A DNA stretch of 63,777 nucleotides from a virus (IMGVR_UViG_3300025013_000109:1-63777), one strand, 5' to 3'. Shown: positions 48,675 to 58,915, counted from the first letter of the stretch. Notes: generated by a model from the letters alone, not told the origin. Numbers and translations: made by a program.

Positions 48675-50455
48675 ACGGCTATTTTATTATAATATATTTC
48701 AATGGCTTTACTATTGCTTTTTACCAATGCTTTGGCAACTACCGGAACTACAGCATTTCCGATAAACTTCTTTTGCTCAGTTTGAGTGCCTTCTAGCTTA
48801 TATCCATCCGGAAAACCCTGAATTCTCAGGAGCTCGTCAATGATCAGCATCCGCATTTTTATATCTACGATTCCGTAAATGGCCATGAACATCCTGATCT
48901 TTTGCATCGTTGCACATTCGCGTTCAAAGATTGGCATGGCGAAGATCTTCCCGGAACTGGCGGCAACAATGTATGGTGGCATTTTATCCATTCTGGCAAT
49001 TAAAGTAAAGCAAGGTTTATCAAGTGATCCTCCTTTATTGGCATATTGTGGATTCAGTAAAAAATGTTCTGCTGATATCAGATTTAATTTGGGGTTGCTG
49101 GTAATCGTTCCTGCCGGTTCTTCAATGCTCGATGGTTTTGAGTGGCCATATTGTTGGTCCATAAAGTTTATGGTAGTCAGTCGTTGTTTAGGTACTCCTG
49201 TAATGGTTGGGTTTGGTTGTTCAATGCTGCCCAGCTGTCCGCCGCCTGAATAATAGTTCTGAATAAACTGCGATTCAATCTTTGCAACCCGTTCTTTGGT
49301 GGTGATGGTTGGGCAAGGATCATCCAATGAAGTGTTGAATCCATTGCCATAATAATGACTCAGGAAAACTGCTGAATGGCTGTCTTTCGTGGTGATGGAT
49401 CCAGCCGGTTGATTAACTGATATGTTCTTGCTTTCCGGATGGCCGGAATAATACTTCGAAAGGAAAACTGACTTAATCAATCCATGTCGGTTACTGGTGG
49501 CAATTGCTCCCAATGGGTTCAATACCGATTTCGATTTCTCTTTCATATCGCCACCGTTGTAACGGATGGTAAATAGATCTTCACCACCGGCAACGAACTT
49601 GACCAGACCGGCATAAATACGCTCCAGTGTTTTTTCTGAGAGTGGTTTCTTTCGGGTAAATATGCTCCGGCCTTCGTCTTCCAGATCGAGTACTTCGCGC
49701 ACGGGTTTCCATTTGGCTTTGGCGCCGAATAATCCACCATGATCAGGAGACTTTGAATGTGTTGTTTCAGGCCATTTCATGGGTAGTCCAATCTTTGCAA
49801 ATTGCCCGAAATACCTTTCTCGGCTGGTATATGCTCCGTGATCGGCTGAATTGATCAGCTGGTAATCGTACTGATATCCGTAACTGCATAATTCTTTAAT
49901 CCAGCGCAGGTAATCGCGGCCATTCAGTTTTGATATCGGACGGCCTTTTTCGTCCAAAGGGCCCCAACTCATAAATTCCCGAACATTTTCGATGTACACG
50001 TAATCGGGCTGCAATTCTTCGATGTACATAAACAGGGCATGTGCCAGGGTTCGGCTGTCGGCATCGCGGGGTAAACCGCCTTTGGCTTTACTGTAGTTGG
50101 TACATTCCAGACTGGCCCACAGGTTAATCACGCATTCCGGAAATTGCGACCGTAATTCGGCAACCAGGTTACTCAGGGCAACAACTACTTTAAAGTCGCG
50201 AACATCTTCAACAAAGTGCATGCAGTCTGGATGGTTGTGCCAGTGACTCATCAGCGCATTGTGATCGTGGTTCACACAGGCCACAACCTTTACATTTTCC
50301 AATCCGGCCAGATGGATACCTGTTGTAGTTCCGCCAGCTCCGGCAAATAAATCGATCCAGAAGATCATTCGTCCATTGGCCACATCGTAACCTTTATTTA
50401 GGTGCAACATCAACGGGCCTAACTTTATTTCTTCGAATAGGTGTTGTGGTTTCAT
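48671..50455 (-). CDS. C5-cytosine DNA methyltransferase
   Basis: DLFAGAGG (I), ASLECTNYS (IV), IENVREF (VI), TSRERYF (VIII), RIQGFP, IGNAV (X). Confidence 0.92.
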   Translation of the reverse strand: MKPQHLFEEIKLGPLMLHLNKGYDVANGRMIFWIDLFAGAGGTTTGIHLAGLENVKVVACVNHDHNALMSHWHNHPDCMHFVEDVRDFKVVVALSNLVAELRSQFPECVINLWASLECTNYSKAKGGLPRDADSRTLAHALFMYIEELQPDYVYIENVREFMSWGPLDEKGRPISKLNGRDYLRWIKELCSYGYQYDYQLINSADHGAYTSRERYFGQFAKIGLPMKWPETTHSKSPDHGGLFGAKAKWKPVREVLDLEDEGRSIFTRKKPLSEKTLERIYAGLVKFVAGGEDLFTIRYNGGDMKEKSKSVLNPLGAIATSNRHGLIKSVFLSKYYSGHPESKNISVNQPAGSITTKDSHSAVFLSHYYGNGFNTSLDDPCPTITTKERVAKIESQFIQNYYSGGGQLGSIEQPNPTITGVPKQRLTTINFMDQQYGHSKPSSIEEPAGTITSNPKLNLISAEHFLLNPQYANKGGSLDKPCFTLIARMDKMPPYIVAASSGKIFAMPIFERECATMQKIRMFMAIYGIVDIKMRMLIIDELLRIQGFPDGYKLEGTQTEQKKFIGNAVVPVVAKALVKSNSKAIEIYYNKIAV

Positions 50456-50727
50456 AGGCGGTCGTATAGAGGTTCTGTTAATTTCAAAATTGACCGCTCT
50501 AATCCTTCCAGATAATAAAGCAATTTGTAATTGCCTTCGATCCCGAGCTCCTTACTTCTTTTCAATATCCGTTCATCTTCAATCTTTTTCCAATAGGCAT
50601 CCATTTCAAGTCTATATTGAAGAAGTTCGTCATAATGTTCTTCAAAGCCTTCTGTTAGTTCGATGTCCCAACACGGATCACATCTCCAGTCGGTTTTTAA
50701 ATCGAGTAATTCTTGTTTTGTTTTCAT
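50452..50727 (-). CDS. Hypothetical protein
   Basis: 91 aa, W..DPCWDIE.TEGFEEH motif; coupled overlaps. Confidence 0.65.
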   Translation of the reverse strand: MKTKQELLDLKTDWRCDPCWDIELTEGFEEHYDELLQYRLEMDAYWKKIEDERILKRSKELGIEGNYKLLYYLEGLERSILKLTEPLYDRL

Positions 50728-51095
50728 AGATTAATTGTTAATTGAATTGGTTTATTCCTGTTTTTATATGCCAATTGACTTGCCTTAAAACGCTTGTTTG
50801 TTTCAAATTGTCCGACTGCCTCCCAGGTAGTATGATACTTTACAAAACAATTACCACACAAACACTGGTTGGTATAATGTTTAATGTAATGTGCACCGCA
50901 TTTATAGCAGTTATCATCCACGTAATTGTAATTCTCCCAATGATCAATCATCCAGATTGAACCTGGTTTGGGAATTACATCTTCCTGTCGTTCAAGAAAC
51001 TTGCCGATCAGATACGCTTCATCTATTCTGAACTGTTTGCAGTCCTCTTCAGTAATCAGAGCTTGCCTGCACCAATTGTGGTCGTATGAAATCAT
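50724..51095 (-). CDS. Zinc-finger-like hypothetical protein
   Basis: CYKC..CLCGNC; coupled overlaps. Confidence 0.6.
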   Translation of the reverse strand: MISYDHNWCRQALITEEDCKQFRIDEAYLIGKFLERQEDVIPKPGSIWMIDHWENYNYVDDNCYKCGAHYIKHYTNQCLCGNCFVKYHTTWEAVGQFETNKRFKASQLAYKNRNKPIQLTINL

Positions 51096-51364
51096 AGTTT
51101 CTGATTTTTAGGTGTTAATTCCATCGCAATACGGCCAGATATTACATCTTTTAAACCTCGTTTTTTATTCAGCAATGCTTTTAATTTCTGAAGTTTAAGC
51201 AAATCATTGATCATATTCAGTTCGTTCATTAATTGTTCAGGTTCTGCTATTGCCGGATAAACTTCGCCGTCCTGGTCTACCTGATCGTTACTTAATACAT
51301 TAATCCAAACAACCAGTTCGTCGTTCTTAATCATGCTTAATCCGAGTACGCTTTCGTGTTTCAT
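51092..51364 (-). CDS. Hypothetical protein
   Basis: 90 aa; first gene after hairpin element F. Confidence 0.6.
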   Translation of the reverse strand: MKHESVLGLSMIKNDELVVWINVLSNDQVDQDGEVYPAIAEPEQLMNELNMINDLLKLQKLKALLNKKRGLKDVISGRIAMELTPKNQKL

Positions 51365-51386
51365 AATTTTTACGTTTTAGGTGAAA

Positions 51387-51504
51387 CTTAATTTTAGCTT
51401 CCTGATCATTGAGCAGTGCCGGATTCTGTCAAGGGTAGCTGGGTGGAGCAGCTTCGTTCCCCTTGACTTTTCCGGGATGCGATCAATAACTTTGCGCAAT
51501 TAAG
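51387..51504 (+). promoter_or_regulatory. Hairpin, Frpo-like element F (compact copy)
   Basis: attgagcagtgccgga..gtcaaggg / cccTTGacttttccgggatgcgatcaaTAACTTTG, consensus TTG-21-TAnnTTTG. Confidence 0.65.
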
Positions 51505-51688
51505 TTTCAAGTCTCTCCGCTGCTTCAGTAAGCCCTGATTTTGTTCGCTCAATGAGTTCGTTGTATTCATCAACAGGTACGATCGCAAATTCGCAGTAAG
51601 GCTTGTTTGCTCCATCTTCAATCAGCTGGAGCGTAATAATCCTTTGTTTTGAATTGCATGATAATAATTCTCCAAATTGGGTGCTCAT
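51500..51688 (-). CDS. Hypothetical protein
   Basis: 62 aa ORF with A-rich start context. Confidence 0.5.
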   Translation of the reverse strand: MSTQFGELLSCNSKQRIITLQLIEDGANKPYCEFAIVPVDEYNELIERTKSGLTEAAERLET

Positions 51689-51689
51689 T

Positions 51690-52232
51690 TTATTAGTTTT
51701 TTATTGTTTTTTACAAAATTGTTAAATAGTTTTTTGGGTTACTTTTTATCACTTTTCTAATTTTTTGAACATTTTTTAATATTATTCGATTCAAAAAATC
51801 TATTGATTATTAAAAATTAATAAGCTGACATTGTTTTATTTGCTGTTTTTGATCGTTTTTCGGGCAAAAAAAATATTTTTTTTTTCAGAAGGTCTTTTTT
51901 TGTCCTTTCTCTATCCCGCGTTCCCGCGACTATCCGCATCGGATTAACACATTAATTTTCAACACCTTATTTTTATTAAAAGTTGGGGCACGGCTAAAAA
52001 CGTCCGTCCCGCCGTGACCCAGCGTGACCCAATTTTTAGTAATTTTTAGAGCGTGACCCAGCGTGACCCAGCGTGCCCGCAACACAGATAGAGAGATTAT
52101 TGGTTTTTTTATCATTATTATTATCCTTTATCGGTCTGGTTTTCAATGGCATGAGTTTTGAAAATTCGTTTTACTCTAATTTTTTGAGAGCGTGGGGCGC
52201 GGGGTGCGGGAACGCGGGAACGCGGGAACACC
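51690..52232. other. Putative replication origin
   Basis: AT-rich tract, four cgtgaccca iterons (52013..52070), inverted tcccgcgttcccgc (51915) / gcgggaac x3 (52206..52229); directly downstream of primase-helicase. Confidence 0.6.
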
Positions 52233-52322
52233 CTTTTGACTGTCAGTTGCTTTTTTTATTATTTTTTTCCTTGCACTGAGCTTGTCGAAGTGACCGTTGC
52301 TTGATTATGGAAATGTCCGGCT

Positions 52323-55300
52323 TCAGTATGGCAACCCATCTCCTTTTCCATTCGGATACATCTGCAATTGCAAACTGACGGCCTGTTGTTCGGGCGATGG
52401 TGGCTTCGCGCTCTCCATCTGGCTCGAACTACCCAAATCAATACCCAGCTTCTCGTAGTCCAACGCAATGGCGCTGGTGCGTTTCGATTCTTCGAACATG
52501 GTCGAAATTACCCTACCGCTTCCATCGTCGGCCAGATTGCGTATTTCGTTCTGCCATGTGAATGTGGTATGCTTTACCGCTCCCAGATAGGCTGGGTGAT
52601 CTTTCAGGTAGTTCTGGAGGTTGTTCATTTTCAAATGTTCCTGTATACCTACCTTATCCCGGTATTTGGGATGGATCACTTCCAAACGAACAAACAATAC
52701 TCTCTTTGGCCCTTCTTCAAAAGTCTTGATACTGCTGTTCTTTTGCCCTTCGCGAATGGTGATATCGTCGAGCAATTCAATCTTGTATTCCTTTCCACGG
52801 ATCAATCCATTGCGGGTATCTTCGGTGAGTTGTACAAACGTATCGAAGAACACGGCCAAGCGGTTCGAACTGGTAATGCTTTCGCTCTGGTGGATCAGCT
52901 GCTTTCGTGCAATCTGGTAAAACTCCTTGTAAGTGAATGGTAATTCCAGTCCGGGAATATGCTCTTCGAATAATTTCACCATGGCCAGAAACAGTGAAAT
53001 AGTATTCAATACGCGGTTTTGAAATCCGGAATGATCGTCGATTAAATCTTTTCGAAGTTCCTTTTGCACAATGCGAAGTTTGTTCTGGTAATGATCTCTA
53101 ACAATGGTGCGGCATTTCAATACTTCTACCAGTATCTCTGTAAGCCCTTCCTTCTCCCAGCGTTTCAGGAGTTGGAAATTGGCAATCTCGTTATCGCTCC
53201 ACAATTCTCTTTTTTGTACACTCAGTAGAACTGCTCTATTGCCAAGTGATGCATCATCACGTTCCGGAGCTTCCTGCCCCAACAAAATCGGAACGGCATT
53301 CACCTGGCTAACATCAAGCGCCATTCCTTGGGCGCCTTGCCGTTTGGTTTTTCCTTCACCGTCGTAAATACTGGCTTTAATTCCCTGAAACTTAATATCA
53401 GATATCTGCTGGTCGTTGTATTCTTCCATGATGACCGGAGCATCCCGGTAACGCTGGAGCATAGTAAAGAATGCGGCATCGGTTCCGGAGTTTAGGTTAA
53501 ACATCGGCGCATCGGGATGAATATACAGTGCACGGATCGATTGTGCCAATTGCGATTTTCCGCACTCTGTAGGGCCGATAAAAAACAGAGTGGTAAATAA
53601 CCGGTCAATCTTGAAAATGTCGCTCCGGAAGGCGCACATAATAGCCATAAGAACCGTCCAGCATCCATTGTCGTTGTATTTATATACTTCGCGCACCAGG
53701 GCAGCCCAGTCCTTGAAATTGACGTTTTTGTTTTCGCGGTAAATAAAAAAACGGTCGAGTGCAAACTGATCTTCATCCTTTCGAACGTCCTTATAGATGA
53801 CCGATATGGATGGCGAATAAAACGTGGTATCACCGTGCTCGATGAGCCCAAGTTCGTCCATGTATTTGATCTTGTTTTCGGCAAATACCGCATTACTGAA
53901 GGCATAGAAATCTTCGTTCTGCTGACCGAAAATGGTTAGTTCGTAGGCTACCGGGAACTGAAGCGCAATCGAGTCAAGAATGGTATCCAAATGAAATACT
54001 TTGGCATTCCGGAGCAGGTAAGGACCCTGACGAAATAGAAACTTTTTGAATGCCCCAAATTCAATCATTTCGTTGCTGGGGATCTCCACGTATTTCGACG
54101 AGCGCAAATCGGCATGGTTAAGTTTGCAGATGCGTTTATTCTTCAGCGGATCGTCGGAGAATACCTGAAACTGAGGTTCCATGTAGAAGTTACCAACCTT
54201 GGTCAGGGTGCCATGTTCGGTAGCAAATACATAGAATATCTTTTTGCCGTCTTTATTCTGGGCTGCAAAGTGATTGTATTTATTGAAGAACTTCTGATCG
54301 ACGTAATCGGGTAGTTTCTCAATCGAAAAAACGTAATGCTCATCGTCGATCATGATTTCCTCATTGCGCTGCTGTACCTTATTCTTTACCTTGCTCAGGA
54401 AAGGTTTCAGCACTTGCGCAAAATCGGCTTTCGAAAGACCGAAACGCTTGGCAATTTCGGCAGTCTTAATCGATATCGTTGTATTGTCCAGCTTACTCAG
54501 GAATTCGGCAGCCGTTTCAACAGCTTCTTTCTTCGAATCCGGATCATAAGCTTTCACACTTTCGGCCAGATAGTCAAAATAAAAGGTAGAGAACGACACG
54601 TATTCCTGATCATTTCCATACCGGTCGCCACAATTTAACGAAACTGCAAATCCGTTCTCGGCCAGAAACTTCATTTGCTTGACCTGCCGTTGAATTTTAA
54701 TAAGTTCTTCCGGAGATACTCCTGAGCCTGCGCGAATTGATGCAGAATGTTCGTAGTCAAACTCTTCGGCAAAAACTAAATTCTTAGTTATACCTGAAAG
54801 TTTTCCAATCTGTACGGCGGTCAATAATCCGGAGATAACAATCGAATTTGTTTCAAGATCCGATCCGGTATTGGCAAAAGCGGTTTCTTTTGAAGTGTAG
54901 ATAAATACCTGGTCTTTTTCGCGGATGGCTGTTTCGTTCACAATCATTCCGAATAGTTCGTCAGCCTTTTCTTCCTTGAAAATTCCGGCTTCTACCTTTT
55001 TGCGGTCGATACCGAATTTGTTGGCAACTTCCGAAAAGTAAGTTTCACGGGTAACCAGATCAGGAACTTTCTTAACAGTATCCAGTAACTCATTGATCAG
55101 CTTTCCTTTTTCGGCAGGTTTTTGCTCAATGTCTTTTGCGGCCAAATCGCACATCAGCAAAATAAAATCTTTCTCATTATCTTCAATCCAACGGTACAGT
55201 TCGTCGCGGCTTTTTCCTTTGGCAAACGTGTCGGGATCTTCACCTGTTGGCAATAGTGCCACATACACATTCAGCCCTTCGGCAATACAGATATCGATGC

Positions 55301-56258
55301 CTTTCACTGCTGCTTTCAAGCCTGCGCCGTCGCCATCGAACAGGATAGTCAGGTTACTGGTAAACCGGCGGATCAGCCGGGCATGTTCAACCGTTAAAGC
55401 GGTTCCCGAAGTGCAAATAGTATTGGTCAGTCCTTGTTTATGAAAGCGGATCACATCGGTATTGCCTTCAACCAGGTATGCCTTGCCCTCTTTTACGATG
55501 GCCGCTTTGGCCTGAAACAAACCGTACAATAACCGGCCCTTATGGAACAATTCAGTTTCCGGAGAATTAAGGTATTTGGAGTCGTTTTTACCCGGATTCG
55601 GGTCGAGTATACGTCCGGTAAAGCCAACCACATGCCCCATCAGATCGAAATACGGGAATATCACCCGATCGCGGAAGCGGTCGAAGTATTTACCGTTATC
55701 GCTTTTGCTTAATAAACCGGCTTTATGCAATTGCTGCGGATTATATCCCAGCGAACTCATGTATTCCAGTAATCCGCCCCAGGCAGTGGCAATACTTCCC
55801 AATTCAAATTTTGCCAGATCCATCCGGTCAAAATCGCGATCTTTCAAATAATTGATAGCCTGTCCGTGGTTTTTCAGGTTGTCGGCGTAAAATGTGGCTG
55901 CTACACGGTTCATCAGGAACATCGTATCGCGCTCACTCCGCTGCTGAAGTTCATCAGCGGTCATTTCAACCTTCGGAATCTCGACATGGTATTTTTTAGC
56001 CACGTATTCAATCGCTTCCGGATAAGTCATAACTTCATGCTCCATCACAAAGCTGATGGCATTACCTGCCTTTCCGCAGCCAAAGCATTTAAAAATACCC
56101 TTGGCCGGGCTGACGATCATTGACGGGGTTTTCTCGTTATGAAAAGGGCATACGCCAAGGTAATTTACGCCTTTCTTCTTCAGGTTCACAAATTCGGAAA
56201 CCACTTCGGTAATATTGGCGGCTGACAGTACTTTCTGGATAGTATCTTGTGGAATCAT
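52323..56258 (-). CDS. DNA primase (CHC2 zinc finger + TOPRIM) fused to a P-loop helicase-like domain
   Basis: CPFHNEKTPS..CFGC, KYLNSPET, VEGNTD, FDGDGAG; Walker A GPTECGKS, Walker B IMEEY. Confidence 0.9.
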   Translation of the reverse strand: MIPQDTIQKVLSAANITEVVSEFVNLKKKGVNYLGVCPFHNEKTPSMIVSPAKGIFKCFGCGKAGNAISFVMEHEVMTYPEAIEYVAKKYHVEIPKVEMTADELQQRSERDTMFLMNRVAATFYADNLKNHGQAINYLKDRDFDRMDLAKFELGSIATAWGGLLEYMSSLGYNPQQLHKAGLLSKSDNGKYFDRFRDRVIFPYFDLMGHVVGFTGRILDPNPGKNDSKYLNSPETELFHKGRLLYGLFQAKAAIVKEGKAYLVEGNTDVIRFHKQGLTNTICTSGTALTVEHARLIRRFTSNLTILFDGDGAGLKAAVKGIDICIAEGLNVYVALLPTGEDPDTFAKGKSRDELYRWIEDNEKDFILLMCDLAAKDIEQKPAEKGKLINELLDTVKKVPDLVTRETYFSEVANKFGIDRKKVEAGIFKEEKADELFGMIVNETAIREKDQVFIYTSKETAFANTGSDLETNSIVISGLLTAVQIGKLSGITKNLVFAEEFDYEHSASIRAGSGVSPEELIKIQRQVKQMKFLAENGFAVSLNCGDRYGNDQEYVSFSTFYFDYLAESVKAYDPDSKKEAVETAAEFLSKLDNTTISIKTAEIAKRFGLSKADFAQVLKPFLSKVKNKVQQRNEEIMIDDEHYVFSIEKLPDYVDQKFFNKYNHFAAQNKDGKKIFYVFATEHGTLTKVGNFYMEPQFQVFSDDPLKNKRICKLNHADLRSSKYVEIPSNEMIEFGAFKKFLFRQGPYLLRNAKVFHLDTILDSIALQFPVAYELTIFGQQNEDFYAFSNAVFAENKIKYMDELGLIEHGDTTFYSPSISVIYKDVRKDEDQFALDRFFIYRENKNVNFKDWAALVREVYKYNDNGCWTVLMAIMCAFRSDIFKIDRLFTTLFFIGPTECGKSQLAQSIRALYIHPDAPMFNLNSGTDAAFFTMLQRYRDAPVIMEEYNDQQISDIKFQGIKASIYDGEGKTKRQGAQGMALDVSQVNAVPILLGQEAPERDDASLGNRAVLLSVQKRELWSDNEIANFQLLKRWEKEGLTEILVEVLKCRTIVRDHYQNKLRIVQKELRKDLIDDHSGFQNRVLNTISLFLAMVKLFEEHIPGLELPFTYKEFYQIARKQLIHQSESITSSNRLAVFFDTFVQLTEDTRNGLIRGKEYKIELLDDITIREGQKNSSIKTFEEGPKRVLFVRLEVIHPKYRDKVGIQEHLKMNNLQNYLKDHPAYLGAVKHTTFTWQNEIRNLADDGSGRVISTMFEESKRTSAIALDYEKLGIDLGSSSQMESAKPPSPEQQAVSLQLQMYPNGKGDGLPY

Positions 56259-56316
56259 TCGGTTTGGATATTGTGTGTTACGGGTTATTTGGTTTAACTT
56301 TTAAAATTGACTGTTT

Positions 56317-57039
56317 TTATAGCCTGTATAAATATTCTGTTGACATTGGAATTTCTGTTATTCCTGACATATAAATCATTCGATTACAATCCCTGTCAAA
56401 AAAAACAACATTTCTTCTTGGCGTAATATATTTGGTATATATCTTGATTTTATTCCCTCTAGCATCATACATTTTTTTAATTGTTTCCCTGAAGCTATCT
56501 GATTTTGAATTGCCAATGTAGCATTCAAAGCAAATTGTTGTTGTTTTACAGAGTATAAATACAGGCTGTCTGGAACCACATATTTCACAAGTCCTAATTG
56601 CCAATTCGGTTCCCCAAAAACAGTTTATAGTGTCTATTTTAGATTTATTCTGTCTGGTAGTTTCTTTGCCTTTTTCCCAACATTGAAAAGCCGTTAAGCC
56701 TGATTCAATCACTTCTCCAGTTGCTATATTAAGCTGAAGTATGGGTTTTACTTCTAAACCGGAAATAACATAAAACATGCGACTAAAAACATTAAGTAAC
56801 CATTTTTCGAACCTATATTGAATTCCGTTAATGGTATTGCCTTTTTTAGTAAATAGGTATTGTTTTAAGTATGTTGAGAACTGCATTTCACGTATTTCGA
56901 ATGGAATACTTAAAAAGTAAAATGTCAATATCCCGATTGATAAACTATCTGAATTGCATTCAAAATAGGGCTCATGCGTAAAATGCCGTTCTCTAAACCC
57001 ATTTGTATGGCTAAGAATTACCCAATTAATCTGGTTCAT
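56317..57039 (-). CDS. AT-rich hypothetical protein with CxxC motifs
   Basis: 240 aa, CEIC..CFEC; composition differs from neighbours. Confidence 0.55.
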   Translation of the reverse strand: MNQINWVILSHTNGFRERHFTHEPYFECNSDSLSIGILTFYFLSIPFEIREMQFSTYLKQYLFTKKGNTINGIQYRFEKWLLNVFSRMFYVISGLEVKPILQLNIATGEVIESGLTAFQCWEKGKETTRQNKSKIDTINCFWGTELAIRTCEICGSRQPVFILCKTTTICFECYIGNSKSDSFRETIKKMYDARGNKIKIYTKYITPRRNVVFFDRDCNRMIYMSGITEIPMSTEYLYRL

Positions 57040-57051
57040 TTTCTTATAGTG

Positions 57052-57384
57052 TTAATCCTTGTTATCCGTAGTTTTCACCTTTTTAAACAGAAAAAAAGCA
57101 ATCATGCTATCCTCCTCCAGATAAGGGTATTTTTGTTTCAGGTGGCGGCTGGTCCATGCGGCATCGTGGCCGTAAGTAATCTCACAAATCAGGTTGCTCA
57201 TTGTGCCGAGTGGGTATCTGAAAAAATCGCCACGTATCACCTTTGTTTCGTTTTTACCGTCAACAATCACCATTTCAGTGGGATTCTCGGCAATATCAAT
57301 CAGGTCTTTTTGTGGCGCTGGAAATGCCAGAAAAAACGTTGCGGTATCGGGGATTTGTGCTTCAATGCGTTTGGGTTCGGTCAT
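57052..57384 (-). CDS. Hypothetical protein
   Basis: 110 aa co-oriented ORF. Confidence 0.6.
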   Translation of the reverse strand: MTEPKRIEAQIPDTATFFLAFPAPQKDLIDIAENPTEMVIVDGKNETKVIRGDFFRYPLGTMSNLICEITYGHDAAWTSRHLKQKYPYLEEDSMIAFFLFKKVKTTDNKD

Positions 57385-57397
57385 TTTATATCTCTAA

Positions 57398-58135
57398 TTA
57401 TAATAGTGTGTATTGCACTCCGTAATTGTAATCCCTGCTTAACTCCTCCAGTGCTTTCATTCCCTTTGCCATTGTTGGTGAGTTCATCGAACCAGCCATT
57501 TCGGGAGTTACCTCAATCGTTTTGCTTGTTTGCTCCAGCTCCAATTTAAAGCCTGCTGCTTTTATTTTTCGGTTCAGGTAATACTTGCGATCATAAGTTT
57601 CGAGGCTTTTAACTGGCGGCATTAATTCAAAAGCCTTAAACAGGGTTTCTTTTTCCCATCCTTTTACCAACTCAAAAACTGCCGTCTGGATCCGTACATA
57701 TTTAAAAGTCTTCCTGGGCAAAATGGTGATCGATTTCAACCCAAATGTTTTCAGGTACCGGAGTCGAACGTCTGAATCGGAAATGGTGAATAATGGCATC
57801 AGGGCAATAATGCGATCCGACATTTTCATACACTCCTGAAGGATATAGTATCCAAGTCGTAATCCTTTCAAATTAAGGTCTTCCGGGACTCTAAACGCAT
57901 ACTTCATCGAGAAAGGCGGGTTCATGATGATACAATCATATCGCGATGGATCCAGCGTGAAAAAATTATCGGGAGCGGTTACCTGAAAATCTTCCAAAAA
58001 TTTCAGGATATTTCCTTCACCGGGAGTTGGCTCCAATATGGTTACGGTTTCTTTTGGAATCAAACTACACATGTATTCGGCAACTGCTGCAGGTGTTTGG
58101 AATTCGGCTCCGATTTCAAATTTGGTTTGGGTCAT
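57398..58135 (-). CDS. Amino (N6-adenine type) DNA methyltransferase
   Basis: FQTP, ILEPTPGEGNI, IIMNPPF motifs. Confidence 0.85.
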   Translation of the reverse strand: MTQTKFEIGAEFQTPAAVAEYMCSLIPKETVTILEPTPGEGNILKFLEDFQVTAPDNFFTLDPSRYDCIIMNPPFSMKYAFRVPEDLNLKGLRLGYYILQECMKMSDRIIALMPLFTISDSDVRLRYLKTFGLKSITILPRKTFKYVRIQTAVFELVKGWEKETLFKAFELMPPVKSLETYDRKYYLNRKIKAAGFKLELEQTSKTIEVTPEMAGSMNSPTMAKGMKALEELSRDYNYGVQYTLL

Positions 58136-58162
58136 AAATCGATGGATTGAAGGATTGAATTA

Positions 58163-58915
58163 TTAAAGGATTGATTGCGGCCTGCCGGTGGTTGACAACA
58201 CTTTAACTTTCACCACCCAAACCCACGGGTTTTGCTCCCAGCTTTCGGGTCCGTTAATTTTACCCCACAGAGATTGAAAGGAAGTGATAGCCTGGAGAAA
58301 ACCGGATTTATCGTCTGGATTATTATAATTTTTAAACCTCCAGTTGATCGTAAAAAATCTTGTTACACCTTCAGCAATCGCGTCTTTCTCCGTAACATCC
58401 TGCAACCGTTCCACCTTTATTTCTTCAATCTGTAACCAAATTCGGGCGGCGGATTTGGGCATAAACCGGGGCGACTTCCATTTCACTTCTTTGGCCAAAG
58501 CTTCGTCGTGCCACTGACAGGCGGTTTCGCCTTTCATATCATCGTTCGGGTAAAAACTCCAGTGAAAACTGTCGGCAAAATAGCTGTAAGTTGTTTCCGG
58601 CTCATACTTGCCCAATGTGCAGGCGAATTTTTCCCGCACCCAAAGCACATCACCCGGTTGACCGTAAGGGCATTCTATGGGTTCAACGCAATAGCCTGGG
58701 CTTTCAATAATTGAATTTGAATTTTTATCAAAAATAAATGGCTCTTTGGGTTGTGGTTTTACAATTCTCCTGGTCAGGGTTTTCCGGCCTTCCAGATTTG
58801 CCTGCACCATTGGGGTACTGTAGATGATTGGTTTTGAAGCCCCACCCCAACCCTCCCCAAACGGGGAGGGAGCCGGAACCGCTTCGTTTAACATTTTTGT
58901 TTTTTGCATGATCAT
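58163..58915 (-). CDS. ASCH/PUA-like phage protein
   Basis: GRKTLTRR, CPYGQPGDVLWVRE, FMPKSAARIWL, SWEQNPWVWV; in-frame REP near N-terminus. Confidence 0.8.
   Translation of the reverse strand: MIMQKTKMLNEAVPAPSPFGEGWGGASKPIIYSTPMVQANLEGRKTLTRRIVKPQPKEPFIFDKNSNSIIESPGYCVEPIECPYGQPGDVLWVREKFACTLGKYEPETTYSYFADSFHWSFYPNDDMKGETACQWHDEALAKEVKWKSPRFMPKSAARIWLQIEEIKVERLQDVTEKDAIAEGVTRFFTINWRFKNYNNPDDKSGFLQAITSFQSLWGKINGPESWEQNPWVWVVKVKVLSTTGRPQSIL

Noticed and set aside
51901-51940. + strand tgtccttt as another late promoter
   Set aside because: No -7-like box at the fixed spacing and no + strand gene downstream.
51930-52279. Short ORFs across the putative origin
   Set aside because: Their repeated peptides (WVTLGH) come from the iteron DNA repeats.
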